Positions 13,046 to 21,845 of a stretch of DNA of 60,567 bases are shown here, piece after piece. The translations under genes were made by a program, and so were the position numbers. The DNA comes from an uncultured Dechloromonas sp. GTDB taxonomy: Bacteria > Pseudomonadota > Gammaproteobacteria > Burkholderiales > Rhodocyclaceae. Location: assembly GCA_937996725.1 (NCBI GenBank), contig CALKUR010000117.1, positions 1 to 60,567 of the forward strand, given 5' to 3'. Under the pieces are notes generated by a model that worked only from the letters and a program-made list of their open reading frames with translations, was not told the origin of the DNA and ran no database searches. Positions within the stretch are counted from its first letter, which is position 1. Each line of letters opens with the position of its first letter.

Positions 13046-15630
13046 TATTCCTTGGCTTTGGCTGCTTTCTTCGCAGCCGGCTTTTTAGCCGCTGCTTTTT
13101 TAGCAGGGGCCTTCTTAGCGGCAGGTTTTTTTGCGGCGGCCTTCTTCACAGGTTCGGCGGTATCACCGTCGGCCTTGGCTTTAGCGGGCGTTTTCTTCTC
13201 AGGGCGCGGTTCGAATTCGAAGCCGACTTTTCCGTCTTTGCCTAAGGCCAGGAAGGCTGAGAATTTGCGGCGGGTACGTGCCGAGACAAATTCTTTGAGC
13301 AGGTCTGTTTTACCGCTAGTGAGCAGCTTCGACATTTGCTCGGTATCGATCGGCTGCTGGAGAATGATCTGGCCAGAGCGGAAGGTACAACTCTTCTCCG
13401 GGCCGACCGATTTTTCGCAGACGTAGGATGTGACGTACGGGTAAACGTTGGCGGCGCACTTGGGGCATTTGCCAACGCTGGCCACACCGGAGAAATCCAC
13501 GGGCTCCGTGGATGCATCATCGGATTGACCAAAGTCGAACGCCGGTTGATGCTCGTCGTTGAGTTTGATCAGCGCGGCGAACGGGCGCCCCATCTTATTG
13601 CGGAAGCCGTTGAGCGGGCCAACCTGGCGCTCTTTGATGAGTGTCTCGATTTCAGCCGGTTCAAACTGGCGGCCGGCGACGGTTTTCCAAAGGCCATAAT
13701 CGCAGCTGCCGCACTGGAATTTTTTGTAGGTTTCTTTGATGACGCCACCGCACTTGGGGCACGGCGTGGTCAAGGTACCGAAGTCACCGGGGATGGTGTC
13801 GTGTTCGTAGTTCTTCGCCTTGGCAACCATGTCTTCAGTCATCTGGGCGATCTCGGCCATGAACTGTTTGCGCGAGAGTTCGCCGCGCTCCATGCTGCCG
13901 AGTTTGGATTCCCATTCACCGGTGAGTTCTGGCGAGGTCAGTGCCGTGACACCCAGGCCGTTGAGCAGGGTCATCAGGTTAAAGGCCTTGGCCATGGGAA
14001 TCAGTTCGCGGCCTTCGCGCAGCAGATACTGCTCGGTGAGCAGCCCTTCAATGATTTGGGCGCGGGTGGCTGGCGTGCCTAGGCCACGACCAGCCATGGC
14101 GGCACGAAGCTCGTCATCGTCAATGCGCTTACCGGCGCTTTCCATGGCGGAGAGCAGCGTGGCTTCGGAGTAGCGTGCCGGCGGCCGGGTAGCCGAGGCT
14201 TTGATCCGCACGTCCTCAGTCTTCACCGATTCACCATCGGTAACGGCCGGCAGGTTGGTTTCTTCGTCACTCTCTTCTTTACCGTACACGGTGAGCCAGC
14301 CCTTCTTAACCAGAACTTTGCCCTCGGTCTTGAAGGGGTGCTTGCCCACGCGGGTGATGCGGGTGGTGACCAGATATTCAGCCGCTGGATAAAAGACGGA
14401 GAGGAAACGGCGCACGACGAAGTCGTAGAGCTTGGCTTCGACTTCCGAGAGGCTCTTGGGCACTGTGCCAGTCGGGATGATGGCGAAGTGATCCGAGATC
14501 TTGGTGTTATTGAAGATGCGCTTGTTGGGTTTGACCCAGCCTTCTTTCACGATTTCGTTGGCGAAGGGGGCGTACAGATCCGGCAGGCCGGCCAGCACGT
14601 TGTGCACGGTGGGTAGATAATCTTCCGGTAGGGCACGCGAATCAGTTCGCGGATAGGTCAGAACTTTGTGCTTTTCATAGAGCGCCTGAGCGATCGACAG
14701 CGTGGTTTTGGCCGAAAAGCCAAAACGCGTGTTCGCTTCACGTTGTAAGCTCGTTAGGTCAAATAGCAGGGGAGATAGCCGATTTTCCGGTTTTGCGGTG
14801 TCGGTGACGATACCGGGTTTGCCCAGGCATTCGCCCCGGATCGATTCGGCGGATTGTTCTTGCCACAGACGCTCGGCGCGGGCGTGTTCGTCCTCGCCTT
14901 TTTTGAAGCCTTCATCGAACCAGCGGCCAGTATATGTACCGCCGGCGGCCTCGAATTCGCCTTCGACTTCCCAGTAGTTACGGGGCACAAAGGCGCGGAT
15001 TTCCTTTTCGCGCTCGACGACCAGCGACAGGGTCGGCGTCTGCACGCGGCCGACGGTGGTGAGGTGAAAGCCGCCGGTCTTGGAGTTAAACGCCGTCATG
15101 GCGCGCGTGCCGTTGATGCCGACCAGCCAGTCGGATTCCGAACGGCAGACGGCGGCATCGCCCAGGCCCTGCATCTCTGCCCCATCGCGCAGGTGCGAGA
15201 AACCATTCTGGATGGCGTCCTTGGTCATCGATTGCAGCCACAGCCGCTGGACGGGCACTTTGGCCTTAGCGTACTGGGCAATGTAATTAAAGATGAGCTC
15301 GCCCTCGCGGCCCGCGTCACAGGCGTTGATCAGGCCGTCGATATCCTTGCGGCGGAGCAGCTTCTGCAGCACTTTCAGGCGTGGGGCCGATTTCTCGATG
15401 GGCTGCAGATCAAAATGCGGTGGGATCACCGGCAGATGGGCAAACGTCCATTTACCGCGTTTGACTTCAAATTCTTCCGGGCAGATCAGCGCCAGCAGGT
15501 GACCCACGGCCGACGAGAGGACGTAATCGTCGCTTTCGTAATAGTCGTCATGCTTGGTAAAGCCGCCGAGCGCTTTGGATATATCCAGAGCGACTGAAGG
15601 TTTCTCGGCAATGATCAGCTTTTTTCCCAT
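13045..15630 (-). CDS. topB: Type IA DNA topoisomerase (topoisomerase III type) with C-terminal repeats and Lys/Ala tail
   Basis: IIAEKPSVA, NACDAGREGELIF, GRVQTPTL, LTYPRTDSR (catalytic Tyr), GLGTPATRA. Confidence 0.93.
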   Translation of the reverse strand: MGKKLIIAEKPSVALDISKALGGFTKHDDYYESDDYVLSSAVGHLLALICPEEFEVKRGKWTFAHLPVIPPHFDLQPIEKSAPRLKVLQKLLRRKDIDGLINACDAGREGELIFNYIAQYAKAKVPVQRLWLQSMTKDAIQNGFSHLRDGAEMQGLGDAAVCRSESDWLVGINGTRAMTAFNSKTGGFHLTTVGRVQTPTLSLVVEREKEIRAFVPRNYWEVEGEFEAAGGTYTGRWFDEGFKKGEDEHARAERLWQEQSAESIRGECLGKPGIVTDTAKPENRLSPLLFDLTSLQREANTRFGFSAKTTLSIAQALYEKHKVLTYPRTDSRALPEDYLPTVHNVLAGLPDLYAPFANEIVKEGWVKPNKRIFNNTKISDHFAIIPTGTVPKSLSEVEAKLYDFVVRRFLSVFYPAAEYLVTTRITRVGKHPFKTEGKVLVKKGWLTVYGKEESDEETNLPAVTDGESVKTEDVRIKASATRPPARYSEATLLSAMESAGKRIDDDELRAAMAGRGLGTPATRAQIIEGLLTEQYLLREGRELIPMAKAFNLMTLLNGLGVTALTSPELTGEWESKLGSMERGELSRKQFMAEIAQMTEDMVAKAKNYEHDTIPGDFGTLTTPCPKCGGVIKETYKKFQCGSCDYGLWKTVAGRQFEPAEIETLIKERQVGPLNGFRNKMGRPFAALIKLNDEHQPAFDFGQSDDASTEPVDFSGVASVGKCPKCAANVYPYVTSYVCEKSVGPEKSCTFRSGQIILQQPIDTEQMSKLLTSGKTDLLKEFVSARTRRKFSAFLALGKDGKVGFEFEPRPEKKTPAKAKADGDTAEPVKKAAAKKPAAKKAPAKKAAAKKPAAKKAAKAKE
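13048..13146 (-). repeat. Histone H1-like KKxxA low-complexity repeat at the TopB C-terminus
   Basis: KKAAAKKPAAKKAPAKKAAAKKPAAKKAAKAKE. Confidence 0.9.
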
Positions 15631-15734
15631 GGGGTGAGGTCTCGTCCCAGAGGCGTGCGGGTCGGGCGGATGCCCGTGGCCGCTGCCCGGTATTCATAGT
15701 TGGCCAGTGCCCAAAGGCACCGTGTAACCGCCGC

Positions 15735-15763
15735 ATCATAGGAGGGCTTGCCGGGATTGGCAA
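15735..15763 (-). promoter_or_regulatory. Sigma70-type promoter for topB
   Basis: Minus strand TTGCCA (15763-15758), 17 nt spacer, TATGAT (15740-15735), followed by GC-rich GCGGCGG. Confidence 0.65.
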
Positions 15764-15795
15764 GCTGGCCTCCTTCAGGCAGTGATCAGTTGTTA

Positions 15796-16257
15796 TTAGT
15801 TGTAGACGGGATTGTCTGCGTCGAGCAGGGTCTCGACGAGTAGGCAATCAATGGCCTGGTTACGGCTCCAGAGCACCATGAGCACGATAATTTTGAAGTG
15901 CTCGAGGCTCAGATCGTCCATGGCCATGGCGCGGTCGATGATTAGCTCGCGTAGATCTGCTGGTACGGCATTCTGCTGTTCCAGTGCCCACAGGTAGTTC
16001 AGGCAATCAGTACCCAGATGCTCGTATTCGCGGTCGGTATAGATGCGGATCGCATCAGCCGAAGGCGATGCTACGGAACGGTGGCGTTCACCCGAGAGAC
16101 CGGCGAGCCAGCCAAAGGCTTCGTCGATTTCCTCGCGTTCAAAACCCGCCTCGATCAGACTTTCAGAGAGGGGGGCCGCATCCAGTTGGATGGTTTGTTG
16201 TTCGCTATTGCCAAGTTCTTCAAAGTGTTCGAATAGATAAACCAAAATATCGAGCAT
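15796..16257 (-). CDS. smg: Smg / DUF494 protein
   Basis: MLDILVYLFE, AGFEREEIDEAFGWL, IRIYTDRE, KIIVLMVLW; lies between dprA and the topoisomerase. Confidence 0.93.
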   Translation of the reverse strand: MLDILVYLFEHFEELGNSEQQTIQLDAAPLSESLIEAGFEREEIDEAFGWLAGLSGERHRSVASPSADAIRIYTDREYEHLGTDCLNYLWALEQQNAVPADLRELIIDRAMAMDDLSLEHFKIIVLMVLWSRNQAIDCLLVETLLDADNPVYN

Positions 16258-16301
16258 GGTGGCAACCTAAGCGTGGGTGAATCGATGTGCTTCGGGTTTC
16301 A

Positions 16302-17438
16302 TTATGCACGAATTAATCGTTGATAACGTCCGCCGGGCAAATTTGTTACAACACCATCCAGATTCAGCTCGGTCAGCATGGCCAGTACTGCTTCCGCCGC
16401 CAATCCGCAGCGGCTGATGAGTTGGTCGAGGGTGGCAGGTTCGTGGCCCAGTGCCTTGAGTAGTGCCGCGTGTTCGGGTCGTAAGCCGCCGGTGTTGTCG
16501 GCCTGTGCGGTGGTGACGTTTGGTGCTGCCTGTGGGCGCAGCTCTTCAAGAATATCCTGTGCGCATTCCACCAGCTTGGCACCCTGTTTGATGAGCGCAT
16601 GGCAACCCTTGTACTGGGGTGCGTGGATCGAACCGGGAATGGCGAAAATATCGCGGCCGAGTTCGCCCGCCAGGCGGGCAGTGATGAGTGAGCCGGAGGC
16701 GGGTGCGGCTTCGACCACCAGACAGGCCTGGCTCAAGCCGGCGATGAGGCGGTTGCGCCGCGGGAAATTGCCGGCGGCAGCCACGGTCCCTAATGGAAAC
16801 TCGGAAACAATGCAGCCGTTACCGGTAATCACGTGCGCCAGTTTTTTGTTGCTGGCCGGGTAGACGCGGTCGATGCCGGTGCCAATGACGGCCACCGTGC
16901 CGCTACGCGTGTCGGAACGTAGCGCGCCCTCATGAGCGGCGGCATCAATGCCCAGTGCCAGGCCGCTAATTACACAGAAGCCGGCATCGGCCAGCGTTTT
17001 AGAAAAGGCGCGGGCATTCTCCACGCCCTGGGGTGTAGCGTTGCGGCTGCCGACCACGCCAATGGCCGGATGGTTTAGATACGCTGGATCGCCATTCACA
17101 TAGAGCAGACTGGGCGGGTCAGACGATTCGAGCAAGCGTTGCGGATAGTCGCTGTCGGCCAAGGTGACGATGTGATGGCCGGGTTCGGCCAGCCAGGCGC
17201 GGGTTTGTTCAATCAGCGTTTGTTGCGCCTCTTGCTGGCAACCATCAAATAGCGATTGCGCCAGTTTGATGCCGATAATGCTGGCGACGGCGCTCAAGCC
17301 AGCATCAAAGACGGCCACGGGCGTGCCGAAGGCGCTGAGCAATTGTTGCTGCGTGCGTGGACCAACGCCGGCCGGTAGCGTGAGGTTGAGCCAGGCGTGG
17401 AGGTCGTCGTTAGGGTTTGCAGTGGAAGTGATACTCAT
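16302..17438 (-). CDS. dprA: DNA-processing protein DprA/Smf
   Basis: VVGSRNAT, ISGLALGIDAAAH, NFPRRNRLIAGLS, SGSLITA, C-terminal winged helix. Confidence 0.97.
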   Translation of the reverse strand: MSITSTANPNDDLHAWLNLTLPAGVGPRTQQQLLSAFGTPVAVFDAGLSAVASIIGIKLAQSLFDGCQQEAQQTLIEQTRAWLAEPGHHIVTLADSDYPQRLLESSDPPSLLYVNGDPAYLNHPAIGVVGSRNATPQGVENARAFSKTLADAGFCVISGLALGIDAAAHEGALRSDTRSGTVAVIGTGIDRVYPASNKKLAHVITGNGCIVSEFPLGTVAAAGNFPRRNRLIAGLSQACLVVEAAPASGSLITARLAGELGRDIFAIPGSIHAPQYKGCHALIKQGAKLVECAQDILEELRPQAAPNVTTAQADNTGGLRPEHAALLKALGHEPATLDQLISRCGLAAEAVLAMLTELNLDGVVTNLPGGRYQRLIRA

Positions 17439-18334
17439 GGTGAGTTCCTGATGTGGGTCGGCCGTACCTGATCGCCGATTTGAATCGGTTGTGTCGCAAC
17501 CCGCAGGCGGACGATAGCGGCATCCGGATAGGCCGCGACGATGGTGCCGCTGCCAATGCGGTGGCCGGGCGTCTGGGTGCGGAGAATGCCGGGGTTGTCG
17601 TCGAGGACACTGACGCTGTTGTTGTCACGTGCCTCGACGGGTTGATCCAGTTTGCGACCGTAGGTGGTGACCGGTGGTCGCCAGAGAGAGACCGATCGGC
17701 CTTCCCGGAGGCCACCGCCGCAGCCGCCGGAAATGATCACTAGATCCAGCGAGGTCGATAGCGGATCGGCCAGCACATCGCTAGATGCCAGTGCGATCAC
17801 TTTAATGTCGGCGGTTTCAGGGGTGGGTTCTGCTTTTGTCGGTGGCGAGGCTTCGCAGGCACCGGCCTCCCATTGTTTGGCTTCGCGTTCAGTCATCAGG
17901 CTGTCGCCGCGCGAGACTTCCTGGCGCACCGATTGCAGGCGTACCCAAGCCACCCCGGCTTCGTTCGGGTCGGCAATCTCTTCGTTTTCTGAAAGGCGTT
18001 GCAGCGTTCGGCCGCGGCCCACGGGTACGGCTAAAACACCGAGGGTGCGATCACCATCGCGTAAGCGCAGCCCTTGCCGAAAGAGTAAGACGTTGGTGTC
18101 GGGCGGTAGCCGATCCTGGCTGTCAGCCAGACGGATACGGATGATGCTGCCGCGATCCATGATGCGTTGCTGCGTGGTTGCCCCAGTGACCCGCCCCAAG
18201 TTGGCAAAGACCGCTTCCGGCACGATGAGCGGTAGGCCGAGGGTTTGGGCGAGGGCCAAAGACGATAGGCAAGCGGTGAGTACGCCGGTCCCACACAGGC
18301 GCATGAGTCGTGGCCGATTGAATTTAAGTCGCAT
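17435..18334 (-). CDS. Exported protein resembling TsaP (def/dprA-linked LysM protein) without a LysM domain; start may be 18304
   Basis: Syntenic slot between def and dprA; signal peptide (..CLSSLALA); C-terminus LDLVIISGG..GLREG..WRP and ATQPIQIGDQVRP resembles TsaP C-terminal domains. Confidence 0.6.
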   Translation of the reverse strand: MRLKFNRPRLMRLCGTGVLTACLSSLALAQTLGLPLIVPEAVFANLGRVTGATTQQRIMDRGSIIRIRLADSQDRLPPDTNVLLFRQGLRLRDGDRTLGVLAVPVGRGRTLQRLSENEEIADPNEAGVAWVRLQSVRQEVSRGDSLMTEREAKQWEAGACEASPPTKAEPTPETADIKVIALASSDVLADPLSTSLDLVIISGGCGGGLREGRSVSLWRPPVTTYGRKLDQPVEARDNNSVSVLDDNPGILRTQTPGHRIGSGTIVAAYPDAAIVRLRVATQPIQIGDQVRPTHIRNSP

Positions 18335-18441
18335 CGCTATAATATGGGCTCATGAGGCACCGGAGATTGGTCGCCCGATAAGCATAAATCAATTTACACA
18401 GTCTGCAGCATTTGCGTGCGCAGCCCCCGCGACGAATCACC

Positions 18442-18945
18442 ATGGCCCTACTACCGATTTTACGTTTTCCTGATGAACGGCTCCGTACCATCGCCAAGCC
18501 GGTGACGGTGTTTGATGCCGCCTTGCGTCAGCTAACGCAGGATATGGCCGAGACCATGTACGAAGCACCCGGCATTGGCTTGGCGGCAACGCAGGTGAAC
18601 GTACACCAGCGCGTGGTGGTGATTGATGTGTCGGAAGACCAGAGCCAATTGCAGGTGTTTGTTAACCCGGTCATCGAGCAAGTGAACGGCATGCAGACCT
18701 ATGAAGAAGGTTGCCTGTCGGTACCCGGCATTTACGATAAGGTTGATCGTCCCTCCGATGTGCGCGTGCGCTATCAGGATCTGACTGGCAAAGAGCATGT
18801 GCTGGAAACCGGCGATCTGCTGGCGATTTGTATTCAGCACGAGATCGATCACCTGAACGGAAAAGTGTTTGTCGATCATCTCTCGCAACTGAAGCAGACG
18901 CGGATCAAGAACAAACTGGCCAAGCAGTCTCGCCATAACGCGTGA
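18442..18945 (+). CDS. def: Peptide deformylase
   Basis: [25 protein letters not shown]; start set to MALLPIL. Confidence 0.98.
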   Translation: MALLPILRFPDERLRTIAKPVTVFDAALRQLTQDMAETMYEAPGIGLAATQVNVHQRVVVIDVSEDQSQLQVFVNPVIEQVNGMQTYEEGCLSVPGIYDKVDRPSDVRVRYQDLTGKEHVLETGDLLAICIQHEIDHLNGKVFVDHLSQLKQTRIKNKLAKQSRHNA

Positions 18946-19889
18946 TGAACGCACCGAAAAAATTTCGGGTGGGTTTTGCCGGAACGCCGGCTTTTGCTCA
19001 AACGGCACTGCAGGCAATTCTCGATGCAGGCTTTGATGTCGTGGTTGCGCTGACGCAGCCGGATCGCCCTTCGGGTCGTGGGATGCAGCTCACCGCATCA
19101 CCCGTCAAAACGCTGGCGTTGAGCCAAGGCATCCCGGTAGAGCAGCCCGTGTCGTTGCGCAACGACGAAGCACAAGCCATGCTGCGTGCGTACGATTTAG
19201 ATGTACTGGTCGTTGTGGCCTACGGACTCATCTTGCCGCAGGCCGTGCTCGACATGCCACGAGCCGGTTGTTTGAATATCCATGCCTCATTGCTGCCGCG
19301 CTGGCGTGGTGCAGCGCCGATTCATCGTGCCATCGAGGCCGGTGATACCGAGACGGGTGTGTGCATCATGCAGATGGACGCGGGCCTGGATACCGGTGGT
19401 GTCGTGGATGAGGCGCGTTTGCCCATTCTGACGACTGAGAGCACCGCGCAATTACACGATCGTCTGGCAGCGTTGGGTGCGGAACGCATCGTTGCTGTTT
19501 TACAAAAGCTGGCTACTGGTGAAACGCTGGTCGCGAATGCGCAGCCCGAAGCAGGCGTGACTTATGCCCACAAACTGGAAAAGGCCGAGTCCCTGCTCGA
19601 TGTGACGGCACCGGCCGCAGTGCTGGATCGTAAGGTCCGCGCTTACAACCCCTTTCCGGGGGCGGTGTTACAGGCGGGCGAGAAGCCGATCAAGATCTGG
19701 CAGGCCAGCCTGGTGGACGGTCACGGCGCACCGGGCAGTGTCTTGGTTTCTGATGCGTCTGGCGTGGTGATGGCCTGTGGTGACGGCGCGTTACGCCTAG
19801 AGGTGCTGCAGGCACCCGGCGGCAAACGTTTGCCCGCTGCCGATTTTTTGCGTGGTCACCCGCTGCCGGTTGGGACCTTACTGGCTTGA
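18945..19889 (+). CDS. fmt: Methionyl-tRNA formyltransferase
   Basis: [38 protein letters not shown]. Confidence 0.98.
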   Translation: MNAPKKFRVGFAGTPAFAQTALQAILDAGFDVVVALTQPDRPSGRGMQLTASPVKTLALSQGIPVEQPVSLRNDEAQAMLRAYDLDVLVVVAYGLILPQAVLDMPRAGCLNIHASLLPRWRGAAPIHRAIEAGDTETGVCIMQMDAGLDTGGVVDEARLPILTTESTAQLHDRLAALGAERIVAVLQKLATGETLVANAQPEAGVTYAHKLEKAESLLDVTAPAAVLDRKVRAYNPFPGAVLQAGEKPIKIWQASLVDGHGAPGSVLVSDASGVVMACGDGALRLEVLQAPGGKRLPAADFLRGHPLPVGTLLA

Positions 19890-19991
19890 AAGTCGGTGCC
19901 GGGGCATTACCTAACCCAGTACGCTAAGTAATTCTTAAGCCCGATTGGTTTTAATGATCCCCGTGGCCGTGTTTTGCCCGAAGGAGTGATG

Positions 19992-20837
19992 ATGAGTAAC
20001 TGGTTCAAGACAACGATATTGTTTGCCGCGATTACGGCGCTCTTTATGATGATCGGCGCCTTGATCGGTGGTCGCGACGGCATGATGATGGCCCTCCTGA
20101 TTGGCGGCGGTATGAATTTCTTTGCCTACTGGTTCTCGGACAAGATGGTGCTGCGTATGTATAACGCGCAGCCTATCGACGAAACTTCGTCGCCCTATCT
20201 CTTCAACATGGTGCGCGATCTAGCGTCGCGTGCCCAGTTGCCGATGCCGCGCGTGTATTTGATCGACGAAGCGCAACCGAATGCCTTTGCCACCGGCCGT
20301 AACCCAGAAAATGCGGCAGTAGCCGCAACGACTGGGATCGTCAGCCTGTTGAGCGAACGCGAGCTGCGTGGGGTGATGGCGCACGAGCTGGCCCACGTGA
20401 AGCATCGGGATATTCTGACGTCGACGATTGCGGCGACTCTAGCCGGTGCGATTTCAGCGCTCGCCAATTTCGCCATGTTCTTTGGTGGCCGTGATCAAGA
20501 CGGTCGCCCGGCGAATGCCGTGGTGAGCATCATTGTGGCCATCATTGCCCCGCTGGCGGCCATGCTGATTCAGATGGCGATTTCACGCGCCCGAGAATTT
20601 GAAGCAGATCGTGGTGGTGCCGAGATCAGTGGCGATCCGCTGGCATTGGCCAGCGCCTTGGGGAAGATCGATGCCTATGCACGGGGTATTCCGTTTCCTA
20701 CGGCCGAGGCGCATCCTGCCACGGCACAGATGATGATCATGAACCCGCTGGCCGGCGGTGCGATTGATAGTCTCTTTTCGACGCACCCGAAGACCGCAGA
20801 GCGTATTGCGCGTCTGGAGGCGATGACGCGCGGCTAG
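19992..20837 (+). CDS. htpX: Zinc metalloprotease HtpX
   Basis: [16 protein letters not shown] zinc motif, [14 protein letters not shown]; RBS AAGGAG at 19981. Confidence 0.96.
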   Translation: MSNWFKTTILFAAITALFMMIGALIGGRDGMMMALLIGGGMNFFAYWFSDKMVLRMYNAQPIDETSSPYLFNMVRDLASRAQLPMPRVYLIDEAQPNAFATGRNPENAAVAATTGIVSLLSERELRGVMAHELAHVKHRDILTSTIAATLAGAISALANFAMFFGGRDQDGRPANAVVSIIVAIIAPLAAMLIQMAISRAREFEADRGGAEISGDPLALASALGKIDAYARGIPFPTAEAHPATAQMMIMNPLAGGAIDSLFSTHPKTAERIARLEAMTRG

Positions 20838-20854
20838 CGCGTGCTGGCTGGGTA

Positions 20855-21796
20855 TTAAGGCAAATCCTTCAGCGCTTGCGTCACGATATAGGCAAGGCGT
20901 CGACCAGCCAGTGCCAATCGGGTTTGCGAGATCTCCCGGCCATTGAGCCAGTAATCCTGGCGGATAATAAATATGCCGGGCAGATCGGCATCGGGTAACA
21001 GCCCTGGGTAGACCTGATTACGGGCGATATTGAACGACTCTTCAATCCAGCCGAGCGGCGGCTGGGTGAGTTCGTTCTCGGTCACCAGCAAAGAATGTTG
21101 CAGCAGCCGGATCAATTCTTTATTAAAGCGAGTACTACCGGGGCGCGCTTGTCCGGGAAGCTCATCCCACCAACGATGCAGACTGATCGGGTCGGGGGGT
21201 TTTCTACCGGCATCAATGACCGTGACGAGGTTGCCGCCCGCATCTTGTTCGCCCGGCTGGCCGGGGGCGGCGCGGCTAGCGCAGTGCAGCGGTTGGTGTG
21301 CATCGGCGAGCAGATGGCTAACCCAGGCGAGTGCAATCGCGCGGTCGTGTGTCGATAGGGACGGATCGCTCAATAAACGGATCTGTGCATTGAGCGCCGG
21401 TTCGAGAAGCCCGTGCGGTTTTTGCCGGAAGGGCTGCGTCACGTCACGATCCGCAAAGTGCCAGCGGCGGGTGCTTTCGCCCGTCGCAGCCCGTCGCAAC
21501 CATTCTCTAAGTGAAGCAGGCGGCGTGTCTGATGTCGAAGTATCGGATCGATCTTTGATTTGATCGGGCCAGAGGGCGGCAGCCATCCAGGCCGCTTCAC
21601 CGGATTTATCGCGGGTGCCAGTAATGAGCTGCTGGCTTTGTAACAGGCGCTCGATGCGGGCGCGGGCGGGTTTATCCAATGCCGACCAGGCCACCGCCAC
21701 GACCTCCTGATGACCCGTGCCATTCCATGCGTGTACCAGCGATGCGGGCAATGCCAGCAGGCAAATGAGTGACCGGAAAAAACGGGGAAATTTCAT
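20855..21796 (-). CDS. Secreted S1/P1-family nuclease
   Basis: Signal peptide ending VHA followed by WNGTGH; WPDQIK, WHF, HLLADAHQPLH, DAGGN, LHRWWD zinc-ligand motifs. Start set to MKFPRFF. Confidence 0.88.
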   Translation of the reverse strand: MKFPRFFRSLICLLALPASLVHAWNGTGHQEVVAVAWSALDKPARARIERLLQSQQLITGTRDKSGEAAWMAAALWPDQIKDRSDTSTSDTPPASLREWLRRAATGESTRRWHFADRDVTQPFRQKPHGLLEPALNAQIRLLSDPSLSTHDRAIALAWVSHLLADAHQPLHCASRAAPGQPGEQDAGGNLVTVIDAGRKPPDPISLHRWWDELPGQARPGSTRFNKELIRLLQHSLLVTENELTQPPLGWIEESFNIARNQVYPGLLPDADLPGIFIIRQDYWLNGREISQTRLALAGRRLAYIVTQALKDLP

Positions 21797-21845
21797 GCCG
21801 CGCGGGGGCCTTTTGTAGTGTTGTAAACATGCTACACTCAAATCA

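Noticed and set aside
17371-17382. ops-like GCCGGTAGCGTG (also GGCGGTAGCCGA near 18102)
   Set aside because: Both are imperfect and lie antisense within coding sequence, not in an operon leader.
19885-19914. Possible sigma32 promoter for htpX (CTTGAAA)
   Set aside because: The -35 matches, but there is no convincing CCCCAT -10 at the right spacing.
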